This document shows, one piece after another, positions 17,276-27,682 of a stretch of DNA of 64,000 bases (the stretch's first letter is position 1; each line of letters opens with the position of its first letter). A program made the translations under genes and the position numbers. Location of the stretch: the NCBI GenBank assembly GCA_036747335.1, contig DAIOCL010000001.1, forward strand, positions 11,537 through 75,536, in the 5' to 3' direction. Source of the DNA: Flavobacteriales bacterium. Lineage in GTDB: Bacteria > Bacteroidota > Bacteroidia > Flavobacteriales_D > Sanyastnellaceae. The notes under the pieces were generated by a model that was not told the DNA's origin, searched no databases, and was given only the letters and a program-made list of their open reading frames with translations.

Positions 17276-18334
17276 TTAGTTTCTTGCTTTTGATTTGACA
17301 GTAACCGTTACACCACCCGATTGGGTGCCTGTACTTTGGGTTTGGTAAAACCATGTACTGGGTATGGGCGGCATACCGCTGGCCTTGTAGGGTGCAGCTC
17401 CTCCCCACATACCCATGTCTTTACCGTCGGCCCCGCCCAGTACCGCCGGATTACCACCTGACACCGAAATACCCGGATTGGTTTCAAGCCTGTACTTGAT
17501 ATCCGGACTGGGATTCATCGAGAAGCATACAATCGAATCGGGCAGGTAACTCGAACTGGCATAATTGAAATTGGTGACACCCCCGTAGAAGGTGTTGAGG
17601 AAGTTTAGGTTGCTCAGGTTGTGGCTCACGGTGAGGTTAGAAGAATTGACCGTATCAATAATTCCGAAAAAGAAGAGGTTGTTTTGTACCGTGGCATTCC
17701 TGATCTGGTTTTTCGGATTGCCATAAAAAATATTGTTAATCACCAGTCCGGTCCCATTGTCAACCCGCAGGGAATAATCCGCCGAAGAAGTATTGTTGTT
17801 TCTCAACAGGTTGTTGGCCAGCACATAGTTGGTGCCGTTGTAGATCCTGACGGCCTCTGTCTCATTCACATCAATAAAACACTGGTTGATATTCGGATTG
17901 AGCACCGCGCCGGCCTGGCCGACAAAAACCTGCCCGGTAATGCGGCAGCGGCTCAACGTGATGTTGTTGGCGTTAATATAGACATCTCCCAATTCGAAAC
18001 CCTGAATGACCGAACCTTCGCTGCCGGCGTTAAAGGTGACGACAGGAATGTGCGCGGGCCGTGCATCGGCCTGGGTGCTGTCGAGTGCGAGGTTTTCCGA
18101 AAGGAAATAACCCGGACCGTACACCGAGAGTTTTTTGGTAAATACCGGTGAGTCGTAATTGACATTGCTGTGGTCTGCAATGAGGATATCGTTCACGGCG
18201 GCTGCTGTCTGTGCAGCAGCGAAGGATACGTAGACGTTTGTGCCAGTGGCACCTGAGTTGTTTACCCGCAGGCGATTCTGGCCCCACAGCGAAGCGGCGG
18301 GCACCACCAGCAGCAATAGCAGCATTCGTTTCAT
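17276..18334 (-). CDS. secreted right-handed parallel-beta-helix repeat protein
   Basis: Signal peptide MKRMLLLLLVVPAASLWG. Asn-rich ~22-aa periodicity (NNLLRNNN, VINNIFYGN, VQNNLFFF). 352 aa. Confidence 0.75.
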   Translation of the reverse strand: MKRMLLLLLVVPAASLWGQNRLRVNNSGATGTNVYVSFAAAQTAAAVNDILIADHSNVNYDSPVFTKKLSVYGPGYFLSENLALDSTQADARPAHIPVVTFNAGSEGSVIQGFELGDVYINANNITLSRCRITGQVFVGQAGAVLNPNINQCFIDVNETEAVRIYNGTNYVLANNLLRNNNTSSADYSLRVDNGTGLVINNIFYGNPKNQIRNATVQNNLFFFGIIDTVNSSNLTVSHNLSNLNFLNTFYGGVTNFNYASSSYLPDSIVCFSMNPSPDIKYRLETNPGISVSGGNPAVLGGADGKDMGMWGGAAPYKASGMPPIPSTWFYQTQSTGTQSGGVTVTVKSKARN

Positions 18335-18491
18335 GGCGTTGCGTGTTGCGATTTAGAACCAGTGCAAAATAGTGTCGACGGCACCACAGTCAAGCCGGTG
18401 GATGAGAATTTGGCGGCATTTTCTGAATACGCGGCATCGTCAGCCGGATTGGCGGTCTGAAGGTCCCGCTCCAGCGCGGTATGACCTTTCC

Positions 18492-18499
18492 TATCTTCG
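18492..18499 (+). promoter_or_regulatory. putative Bacteroidota -7 promoter box (TATCTTCG, one mismatch to TAnnTTTG)
   Basis: Lies 25 nt upstream of the ATG at 18524. The same 10-mer CTATCTTCGC occurs upstream of sucC. Confidence 0.3.
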
Positions 18500-18523
18500 C
18501 CCTTTCTGCGATTACACATCCTT

Positions 18524-21500
18524 ATGAAGCCGCTGCTGCTGGCTTGTATGCTCGCCCCCATGGTTGCCGTGCAGGCCCAGGTAGCCTTCGATCCGCTGCG
18601 CAGCGAGGCCGTGCAGTGGGATACTGTTGCCTATACAATGTCTGCGCGGGAAGCCGGCGCCTGGTCATACGCGCCCGAAAAGCGAAAAAATTTCTCCTCT
18701 CTATCCCGCTACGAAAACCTCGACGTATCCCAGGTCTTTTCTCTGTGCGTGGATTCTCGCCAGCAGGTTTGGATTGGCGGCGGAATGGGAGAGGTTGTGC
18801 GGTTCAACGGGCGCAGTTTTGACCACTTTCAGTTCAGCTCCTTTTCCGCCAATCCGGTCTACGACATTTTCGAGGATGCCTCCGGCGCCATGTGGTTCGG
18901 ATCACTGGCCGATGGCTTAGTGAAATTTGACGGACACCAGTGCCTGTCACTGAAAGCCCCCTCCACCGCCGACCTGCCTGAGATCGGGGTGTTTGATCTC
19001 CACCAGTCGCCCGATGGTGTGCTGTGGATCTGCACCAACGGAAATGGCATCATGGGCCTGCGCGGCGACCGGCTAATGCATGTGAAGGCTCCAGGGCCTC
19101 TGGCCGAGCAGGCGGTGACCTGCGCGGCGACCGGATAAGACGGAACCCTCTGGGGCGGGTACTACACGGCGGGCCTCAGCGCGCGGTCGCCCGGCCGCGC
19201 GACACATTTTGGTCGGGAAGCAGGCCTCGCAGGCAACAAGGTTTTCTCTCTCTGCTTGTTGGAAGGCAATATGCTGTCGGGTACCCGCAACGGCCGCTAC
19301 GTTTGTTCCGTTGACGCGGGCATTCGCCTGCTGCCATGGTCAGAGGGGATTTTTGTGTTTGACATGGCTGAAGACAAAAACCACGGGCTGTGGATTGCCA
19401 CCAACGGAGCCGGACTGGTGCGCCTTTCGCCGACCGGGGGTACACATGCCCTGCTGCATCCTACCTGGTTTACAGAAGACGACGGGCTCAGCAACAACCG
19501 GCTGCTGGATGTCGTATGTGATGCCGACGGCAACGTGTGGGCAGGCACTTTCGGCAGCGGTATCGCCCGGCACAGCCCTGATATTTTTTCCAATTTCGAT
19601 TCGCGAAGCGGACTGCCAGCCGACAAGGTCTGGTCATTGCTGCCGGTTAGCCCCGACGAACTCTGGGCCGGCACTTCACGCGGGGGACTTGCATCAGTGC
19701 GCGCAGATACCTGCAAAGCGCTGAAACCTGTGCGGGATATTCAAACAGGCGATATCCATGATATTGTGCGCCTCCGCAACGGCAGCATCGCTTTCAGCGT
19801 TTCCGGGCAAGGCCTGTACATCGGCAATGGATCTCGATGGAAAAAAATTCCTTTTTCAAAACGGCTGTCACTGCAGACCGTTTTAGACATCTGCGAAACC
19901 GACAGCCTCACAGGCTGGGAGTCGCCTGTGTTGTGCGCCTCCTTTAACGGACTGCTCGCCGTCGAAAACGACTCCCTGCAGCCGGCGCGTTTTGCCAACG
20001 GGAGCATGCCGCTGGATGTCAACCAGGTCGAGCCCGGGCCACATGGCACCTACTGGGTCGCCTCCAGTGACGGACTATGGTGTATTCACCGCGAGCAGCC
20101 CGGTGACAGCCTCATGCGTTGCGTTCCCATGCCACAATCTTCCGGATTGCGCGGCCAGAAAATCACGGGCCTGCATGCATCTGAAGACCACCTCTATGCC
20201 GGCTCACAGGGCGCAGGCGTATGGATCTTTTCACACGATGACTTGCAGGATTGGCTCATTCACAAAGACACTGTATTCAATGCCATCCGCTGGAACGAAG
20301 CCGCAGGTATTAACTCTGATTATGTGTCGGCCGTATTTGTTGACAGCGGTAAGCATGTATGGATCGGCACCTCACATGGCATCAACCGGCTCGATGCGAC
20401 CCAAGCCGCGCGGGCGCTTGACCCCAGCTTTACCGGTATCATTCCTTTTGAGCATTTTGGTATCAGTGCCGGATTGGTGAATCCGGAAGTGAGTTACCAC
20501 CACGTGCTTGAAACAGCACGCGGACATGTGTGGTTTGCTACCAACAGTGCCCTGGCGCGATTCAACCCGGAAGCATACCACAGCGACAGCCAGCCGCCCG
20601 AAATCGACCTGACCGGACTGCGGCTTTACTTTGAACCGGTGGACTGGCAGCGCGACGAACGGCGTCGGCAAAACCCCTCTCCCATCCGCCCGTATTTCAG
20701 CGGCTTCATGCAATACAGCCACTTCGTGCCCTTTCAGCCGTTGCCGGTGGCGCCCGTATTCAGTTACGATCTCAACCACCTGACCTTTGAATTCGCTTCG
20801 CGCGACTGGAGCTTTAACCAGGAAGTAACGCACTACATCAAACTCGATGGTCTCGACGGACAATGGAATGCCATTCCTGCAGGAACCATCACCTATTCGG
20901 CGCTGGCCCCCGGAACGTACGTGCTGCGCTATAAAGCCATCAACGCAGCCGGACTGGAAAGCACTGAGCACCGCTTTGCCTTCACCATCATGCCCCCGCT
21001 ATGGAAAACACGCGGCTTCATGCTCGCCCTTGCCGCGTTGGCGGTTTCTATCCTCCTTGTGCTTTACAAGTGGCGGGTTCGGGCGCTGGAGCGCGACAAG
21101 AAAAACCTCGAAATCAAGGTAGCCGAGCGCACCGAAGAGTTGCGCGCAGCGCGTGACAAGTCAGACAACCTGCTGCTCAACATCCTGCCGCTGCAAACCG
21201 CCATCGAACTCAAGGAAAAGGGCGAAGCCGCCACACGGGTCTATGACCATGCCTCTGTGCTGTTTACCGATTTTGAAGGTTTTACCCGGCTGACCGGCAC
21301 CATGGACAGCGATGCGCTCGTGCGCATACTAGACAATTACTTTAAAGCCTTTGACCGTATTTCATCACAGTACCGCATTGAAAAAATCAAGACCATCGGC
21401 GATGCATACATGTGTGCAAGCGGATTGTTTACGCCCAACCCCAGCCACGCCGCCGAGCTGGTGGCCTGCGGCCTGGCGTTTCTTCATGCTGTGGAAGCCA

Positions 21501-21862
21501 TCAACCGCGAGCGCAGCCACCGGGGGGAAATACCCTGGCAGGTGCGCATCGGCATACACAGCGGACCGGTAATCGCCGGGGTGGTGGGTAAGAAAAAATT
21601 TGCTTATGACATCTGGGGCGATACCGTCAACCTCGCTTCACGGATGGAGAGTGCCGGAGAACCGGGTAAACTCAATGTCTCTGCCGCCACCGCTGATGCA
21701 TGCGGTAGTTTTTTTGAATTTACCCCACGCGGACTGGTGCCCATCAAGGGACGGGGAAGCATGGAAATGTATTTTGTGCGTGGATTTGCTGCGCCTTACC
21801 AATCTGCCGGCGAACCGCTGCTGCCCTCAGCCACTTTCAGGGATGCCGTTATGCGCTTTTGA
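18524..21862 (+). pseudogene. two-component-regulator propeller / Y_Y_Y / TM / class III adenylate-guanylate cyclase gene interrupted by one in-frame TAA (19136-19138)
   Basis: ORF fragments 18524-19138 and 19256-21862 share a frame. Codons 19139-19255 have no stop and continue the DxxGxLWxGxxxxGL repeats. The cyclase motifs FTDFEGFT, KTIGDAYM and YDIWGDTVNLASRME are intact. Confidence refers to the one-gene-split interpretation. Confidence 0.7.
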
Positions 21863-21897
21863 TGGTTCCCCTGCAGCCATGCCGCAGGCAACGGACG

Positions 21898-22572
21898 TTA
21901 GTCTTTCCGCACCAGCTGGTTTTGCATGAAGGGATCGACGTGAAAAAGAGACACGGGGATATCACCAGACTCAATGCGGTCAACGATGTTTTCAATCAGC
22001 AGGTCGTCTCCTTCGGGATTGTAATCGGTTTTCAGGTTGTGTCCGAAAAGCCTGGCGACACTCTGCCACATAAACGCGTTAAAACGGCCTTTGAGCTGCC
22101 TGATCAGGTCGAATGAGGTTTCTCCTGTCTCGCGGTCAATGAGCTTGATAAGCAGTAGTCCTTCACTGACCGTCATGCGGCGAAGGTCTTTCTCAAACTG
22201 TCTTTTCATTTCCGCTTCTGCCAGGTTCAGCAACGCACGCCGCTCTCGTTCTTCATTGACCTCAAGAAACCGGGCTTCACACTGGGCCATGATATCTGCT
22301 GCAGCACGCGCGTAGGGGTAGACCTTGACCACACGTTGCTGCAAACGATCGTATTTCTGTTTCTTCTTCCGGTCGGGGGCCTGCTCGGTGCAGGTGGTGG
22401 TCGCCCAGGTTATGTAGATCAGGGTATCCTGAGAAGAAAAATAGATAAACCGGCTGAATTGTGGCGTACAGGTGCTGTCAACGAGCACGTATTCTGCCTG
22501 TGACCGCACCGATGCCGGAAACAGTTGTGCCACAGCGATTGACAATACCGGAAATACGCCTTTCAGAGCCAT
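21898..22572 (-). CDS. DUF4294 domain protein
   Basis: Contains VKVYPYA...AEAEMKRQFEKDLRRMTVSEGLLLIKLIDRETGETSFDLI, as in the Bacteroidota DUF4294 family. Confidence 0.75.
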   Translation of the reverse strand: MALKGVFPVLSIAVAQLFPASVRSQAEYVLVDSTCTPQFSRFIYFSSQDTLIYITWATTTCTEQAPDRKKKQKYDRLQQRVVKVYPYARAAADIMAQCEARFLEVNEERERRALLNLAEAEMKRQFEKDLRRMTVSEGLLLIKLIDRETGETSFDLIRQLKGRFNAFMWQSVARLFGHNLKTDYNPEGDDLLIENIVDRIESGDIPVSLFHVDPFMQNQLVRKD

Positions 22573-22636
22573 ATACTGCCGTTTATTCCTTTACAGGCGC
22601 TGGGATTAAAACCCCACGCTTTTACGAAGATACAAT

Positions 22637-24124
22637 TTATTGCGTTCTGTTAACCCGCCAGGCCCCGTTATTATTGTCCGAAACCGTCTGAACGGCTTGT
22701 TTTTGTGGTTTTTTGCCTGTGAACCAAGCGGCAGCCAGCGCGGCGGCCTCAAGTTCAACCTCATCGGCTGCCGGTTTGAGCACGCCCGGCTTGAAATAGG
22801 TGGCAACAAAATGGGTGTCGAAATTTCCGCCGCGGAACGCCTCGTGGTCAATGGCCCAGGCACAAAAAGGCAGGGTGGTCTGTACCCCGGAAATCCGGTA
22901 ATCCGCAATAGCCCTGAGCATGCGGTCGATGGCCTGCTCGCGCGTAGCCGCGTACACGATGAGTTTGGCAATCATCGGGTCGTAATAAATGGGAATGGAC
23001 ATACCCTCCTCAAAGCCGTCGTCTACCCGAATGCCCGGGCCGGCGGGGCGGCGATACGTGTGCAGCGTGCCGATATCGGGCAGGAAGTTGTTTTCCGGAT
23101 CTTCGGCATATACCCGTACCTCGATGGCGTGGCCACTGATGGACAGGTCGTCCTGGGTAAAACTGAGTTTTTCTCCCCGCGCCACCCGGATTTGCTCCTT
23201 GACCAGGTCGATGCCGGTGATCAGCTCAGATACCGGGTGTTCAACCTGAAGTCGCGTATTCATCTCCAGGAAGTAGTAGTTGTGCTGATCGTCGAGCAGA
23301 AACTCCACAGTCCCTGCCCCGGAATAATTGCAGCTGCGGGCCACGTCGCAGGCGCTTTTTCCCATTGCCTTCCGCAAGGCGGGGGTGAGCACTGCCGAGG
23401 GCGCTTCCTCGACCACCTTCTGGTGACGGCGCTGTATGGAGCATTCCCTTTCAAAAAGATGTACCACATTGCCGTGGTTGTCGGCCAGCACCTGAATTTC
23501 AATATGCCTGGGGGAGCTCACATAGCGCTCAATAAACACGGAACCATCGCCAAACGAAGACTCGGCTTCGCTGATGGCCCTTGCCATCTGTTCTTCGAGC
23601 TCTTCAATGGCCTTCACGATGCGCATGCCCTTGCCGCCACCTCCGGCACTCGCCTTAATCAGCACCGGTAGTCCTACTTCGAGGGCCGTCTTTTTTGCCT
23701 CGGCCGGGTCTTTGACGGCACCGTCGGTGCCCGGAACCATCGGAATTTTGTAGCCTTTGGCCGCAGCCTTCGCCGACAGCTTGTCTCCCATGGTTTCCAT
23801 GGCCTGGGGCGAGGGACCGATAAAAGTGATGCCCGCCTCCTTGACCATGCGGGCAAAGGCAGCGTTTTCCGAGAGAAATCCGTATCCGGGATGAATACCA
23901 TCAACGCCCAGTGCGCGGCATACTTCAATGATCTTTTCACCACGCAGGTAAGATTGGGATGACGGTGGAGGCCCTATGCAGACCGCTTCGTCGGCGTAGC
24001 GCACAAAAGGCGCCAGTCGATCGGCTTCAGAATACACCGCGACGGTGCTGATGCCCATTTCTTTGGCCGAGCGCATGATGCGCAGGGCGATTTCGCCTCG
24101 GTTGGCAACCAGAATTTTTTTCAT
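22637..24124 (-). CDS. accC: biotin carboxylase subunit of an acyl-CoA carboxylase
   Basis: Starts MKKILVANRGEIALRI. Has ATP-grasp motifs (GGGGKGMRIV, EMNTRLQVEHPVSE). 495 aa with a short C-terminal extension. No BCCP or carboxyltransferase gene is adjacent. Confidence 0.9.
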   Translation of the reverse strand: MKKILVANRGEIALRIMRSAKEMGISTVAVYSEADRLAPFVRYADEAVCIGPPPSSQSYLRGEKIIEVCRALGVDGIHPGYGFLSENAAFARMVKEAGITFIGPSPQAMETMGDKLSAKAAAKGYKIPMVPGTDGAVKDPAEAKKTALEVGLPVLIKASAGGGGKGMRIVKAIEELEEQMARAISEAESSFGDGSVFIERYVSSPRHIEIQVLADNHGNVVHLFERECSIQRRHQKVVEEAPSAVLTPALRKAMGKSACDVARSCNYSGAGTVEFLLDDQHNYYFLEMNTRLQVEHPVSELITGIDLVKEQIRVARGEKLSFTQDDLSISGHAIEVRVYAEDPENNFLPDIGTLHTYRRPAGPGIRVDDGFEEGMSIPIYYDPMIAKLIVYAATREQAIDRMLRAIADYRISGVQTTLPFCAWAIDHEAFRGGNFDTHFVATYFKPGVLKPAADEVELEAAALAAAWFTGKKPQKQAVQTVSDNNNGAWRVNRTQ

Positions 24125-24209
24125 AAAGGTCCTCTGGGCGCAAATAAACGCACAAAACAGTCCGTCGAACCCAGCGGGGCGGGCTCAGCCCCTTACTCAG
24201 CGATTACGC

Positions 24210-25484
24210 TCAGGCCCAGGAAGCAATTTTTTCCGCACGGTACTGGCCGGCCTCAAGCTTTTCGCGAACCTTCTTAAACGACTCAATGGTGTAATTGACA
24301 TCCTCCAGGGTATGCACCACCGTCGGAATGAGCCTGAGCATAATCACGTCTTTTGGTACCACCGGGTACACCACAATAGAGCAGAATATGCCGTAGGTTT
24401 CCCGCAGGTCAAGCGTCACATTGGTGGCCTCGCCCAGCGAGCCCTTCATAAACACAGGCGTAACGACTGAGTCGGTATGGCCGATGTCAAAGCCAGCCTG
24501 TTTGAGACCGTTTTGAAGCGACTTGGCTATATGCCAGAGCTGTGCTTGCAGTTCCGGTCGCGTGCGCATCATTTCAAGACGCTTGATGGCGCCAACGACA
24601 ATCGGAAGGGGAAGCGACTTGGCAAAGGTTTGAGAGCGCATGTTGTAGCGCATGTACTCTATCACGTGCGCATCGCTCGCCACAAAGGCACCGATGGTGG
24701 CCATGGCTTTGGCAAAGGTGCCGAAATACACATCGACCTTGTCCTGCACGCCCTGCACATCAGCAGCACCGCGTCCGCAATTGCCGATGGTACCAAATCC
24801 GTGCGCATCGTCGATAAACAGGCGGAAGCCGTATTCATCCTTAAACTTCACAATATCCTTGAGCCTGGCCATATCGCCCGCCATTCCAAATACCCCTTCC
24901 GTTAAGACGAGGATGCCTCCGCCGGTCTGGCTGGTGACCTGTTTGGCGTGCTTCAGCTGCTTTTCAAAACTCTCCATGTCGTTGTGCTGAAACACAAAAC
25001 GCCTGCCGTGATGAAGGCGAACGCCGTCTACCATGCACGCATGGCATTCACTGTCATAGACAATCACATCGTGCCGGCCGACCAGACACTCAATGGCACT
25101 CATGCAGCCCTGGTAACCGAAATTGAGCAGAAACGCATCTTCCTTGCCCATAAAACTGGCCAGGTCTGCCTCGAGTTGCTCGTGGTATTTGGTCTGTCCG
25201 CTCATCATCCGCGCACCCATCGGATACGCCATGCCCCACTGCGCAGAGGCTTCGGTATCTATCTGACGTACTTCAGGGTTGTTGGCCAGTCCGATGTAGT
25301 TGTTGAGGCTCCACACCAGCACGGGCTTGCCCCGGAAGGTCATGTGGGCACCCAGTTCGCCTTCCAGCTTAGGAAAGGTGAAATAGCCGTGAGATTCTTT
25401 GGAGTGCTGACCCAGGGGTCCGCGGTTTTTTTTGATGCGTTCGAAAATGTCCAATGCAGTAAGATTTACTTGATTACGGCACAA
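24210..25484 (-). CDS. PLP-dependent alpha-oxoamine synthase family acyltransferase (Kbl/BioF/Spt-like)
   Basis: Has the DDAHGFG and GTFAKAMA (PLP lysine) motifs. The ORF-track start is TTG. A downstream TTG at 25454 (MDIFERIKK) is an alternative start. Confidence 0.85.
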   Translation of the reverse strand: MCRNQVNLTALDIFERIKKNRGPLGQHSKESHGYFTFPKLEGELGAHMTFRGKPVLVWSLNNYIGLANNPEVRQIDTEASAQWGMAYPMGARMMSGQTKYHEQLEADLASFMGKEDAFLLNFGYQGCMSAIECLVGRHDVIVYDSECHACMVDGVRLHHGRRFVFQHNDMESFEKQLKHAKQVTSQTGGGILVLTEGVFGMAGDMARLKDIVKFKDEYGFRLFIDDAHGFGTIGNCGRGAADVQGVQDKVDVYFGTFAKAMATIGAFVASDAHVIEYMRYNMRSQTFAKSLPLPIVVGAIKRLEMMRTRPELQAQLWHIAKSLQNGLKQAGFDIGHTDSVVTPVFMKGSLGEATNVTLDLRETYGIFCSIVVYPVVPKDVIMLRLIPTVVHTLEDVNYTIESFKKVREKLEAGQYRAEKIASWA

Positions 25485-25542
25485 AATTACAAGAAAGTCG
25501 GGACGAAGGTTTGGGCTGCGAAAATTGACCCGCCCGAAACGG

Positions 25543-27513
25543 TTACAGGCGCATGCCGATCAGCAGGATGTCGTCCAGTTGCTTGCGGCTACCCATCCAT
25601 TCGCGCAGCAGGCGGTCGCAGTTTTCCTTGGCCGTGGAAAGCCCCGAGGCAGTGAGGCTCACAATAAGGTTGCGAAAGCCTGACTTATTCAATTTCCGGT
25701 CGTGCGGTCCGCCATACTGGTCCAACAGTCCGTCTGTAAACATGTACAGGTGGTCGCCGGGCTCGTAATGATACACGGTATTGCGGAAACTTTTCTTCGC
25801 CAGGTTGAGCTCCCTGAATCCGATTGAACCACCGAGTGCCATGACACAAGGCCGGAGTTCTTCCACACGGCCATCGCGCGCAATAACATAGGCTCCGCTT
25901 CCGGAACCCGCGAATGTGATGGTTTTTGACTGCGTGTCAATGACGCTGAGGCTGATTTCCAGTCCGTCATGCGCAATGCCGTATTCCTTGTCCTGATTGA
26001 GTATAACCACAATTTCATCGTTGAGGCATTTGAGCACCTTCGAGGGGTCACAGGATCCGACTTCACCGATTACCTTTCGGAGTTTGTTGCTGGCAATGAG
26101 CGACAGAAAGGCACCCGGCACACCATGGCCGGTACAGTCCACTGCAGCGATCGTGATCAGGTCGTTTTCACGGTAAAACCAGTAGAAATCGCCGCTGACA
26201 ATATCGCGCGGACGGAAATAAATGAAGCTCTCATCAAAGTGCTGTTTCAGCTCTGACTCCGGTATGAGTATCGACTCCTGTATGCGCTTGGCATAATTGA
26301 TACTGGCCATCACCTGCTGCCGCTGCAGGTTGATTTCCCTGTTTTGGTTTTTAAACAATGCATTGGTTTTCCGCTTTTTTGCCAACAGGAATGCCGTAAA
26401 GCCGATAAGCAGCAACAAGACGCCGAGCCCTGCAGAAGTCAACCGGATCATTGAGGCCTTGTGTTTGTTTTCCCTGTCAAGCCTTTCCATCCTGAGCTGG
26501 TTCTTTTCCGTCTCGTATTTCAGATTGAGTTCGCTGACCCGGTTAAGGTTGTCAATGCGGCGAAGGCTGTCGTTCATCACCGTATATTGCTTCTGCAGCT
26601 TGAAAGCCTGTTGGTGCAGCCCCTGGCGGTGGCTGAGTTCGGCTTCCAGTTTAAGGCACTCCAGGATCATTTCATTGAAGCCCAGTTGGGTGATTTTGGC
26701 ATGGACGGCATCTGCCTCCTGGTGCGATTCGTAGTACCTGCCCATTTTCATGAGGCATTCTGCCCGCTGGAGTTTCGCATAATTGATGAGCAATTCCTCG
26801 CGTTCTTTCTCATAACTGCTGATGGCGCGGCTCAGGTACACGAGCGCAGAATCAGTCTGACCATTTTCAAGCAACCATTCCCCCTCGACCAGATCCGTAT
26901 TGATCAGACCGGGCGATGTTTTCATCCGCTCCTTGAGTTCGGCCAGTTTATAACCCGCCGTGTCGAAACTCCCCAGTGAAAGGTATTCCACACACACATT
27001 AAACAGGCAATGCAATTCATTGTCTTTCCGGTTTGCCTGCGCGGCCAGTTCCGCCGCCGACGAGAAACTCCTGATAGCATTGCGGTGCTCCTTTAGGTTG
27101 CTGTACACCACGCCGATGTTGTTGGTCACCATAGCCGCACCGTTGATGTCGCCGATGGCATTGTAGAAACCGAGTGACGTCTGGTAATTTTCTATCGCCG
27201 TGAGGTAATGAGCGCGGTTACAGGCCAGAATACCTTCAAAATTGTAGGCCCGTGCCAGCATGTCTTTTTTGCGCTGGGCCAATGACCAGGTGAGCACCAT
27301 GTCTGTCAGGCGCCGGGCTACCTCCGGTTCGGTGACCAGCAGGGAATCGGCCCATGCGAGGTACTGCCGGGCCCTAGCGGAATCAGCCGGTGCGGTACCG
27401 AGCTCAGCGGGCGCCTTTTCTAATTTAATCCCCTGTCCATCAATCTCTTGCAGGCTGACAAAGAGTACCATACCACTGAGTAGGGTGGTCAGGTATGTGG
27501 AGGGGAACTTCAT
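25543..27513 (-). CDS. TPR-repeat / transmembrane / PP2C (SpoIIE-type) protein phosphatase
   Basis: Signal/anchor, TPR-like helices, coiled coil and a TM segment ([16 protein letters not shown]). C-terminal SGDFYWF...[14 protein letters not shown]...TDGLLDQ motifs. Confidence 0.85.
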   Translation of the reverse strand: MKFPSTYLTTLLSGMVLFVSLQEIDGQGIKLEKAPAELGTAPADSARARQYLAWADSLLVTEPEVARRLTDMVLTWSLAQRKKDMLARAYNFEGILACNRAHYLTAIENYQTSLGFYNAIGDINGAAMVTNNIGVVYSNLKEHRNAIRSFSSAAELAAQANRKDNELHCLFNVCVEYLSLGSFDTAGYKLAELKERMKTSPGLINTDLVEGEWLLENGQTDSALVYLSRAISSYEKEREELLINYAKLQRAECLMKMGRYYESHQEADAVHAKITQLGFNEMILECLKLEAELSHRQGLHQQAFKLQKQYTVMNDSLRRIDNLNRVSELNLKYETEKNQLRMERLDRENKHKASMIRLTSAGLGVLLLLIGFTAFLLAKKRKTNALFKNQNREINLQRQQVMASINYAKRIQESILIPESELKQHFDESFIYFRPRDIVSGDFYWFYRENDLITIAAVDCTGHGVPGAFLSLIASNKLRKVIGEVGSCDPSKVLKCLNDEIVVILNQDKEYGIAHDGLEISLSVIDTQSKTITFAGSGSGAYVIARDGRVEELRPCVMALGGSIGFRELNLAKKSFRNTVYHYEPGDHLYMFTDGLLDQYGGPHDRKLNKSGFRNLIVSLTASGLSTAKENCDRLLREWMGSRKQLDDILLIGMRL

Positions 27514-27652
27514 AGATGGCGAGGGCTTATACGCAAGGATCGGCCGCAGGTTCCACCGGGGTGATGCAGGCCGGCGCGGTGCGGCACACAGGGTATGCGG
27601 ACTATTTGGGGGAAAAAACCGGTTAAGCAGGTGGAATGGAGCCGGGTCGGAT

Positions 27653-27660
27653 TATATTTG
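27653..27660 (+). promoter_or_regulatory. putative Bacteroidota -7 promoter box TATATTTG for rpsT
   Basis: Perfect match to TAnnTTTG, 23 nt upstream of the rpsT ATG. Confidence 0.45.
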
Positions 27661-27682
27661 CGCCCCCATAGAAAAAAACGCC

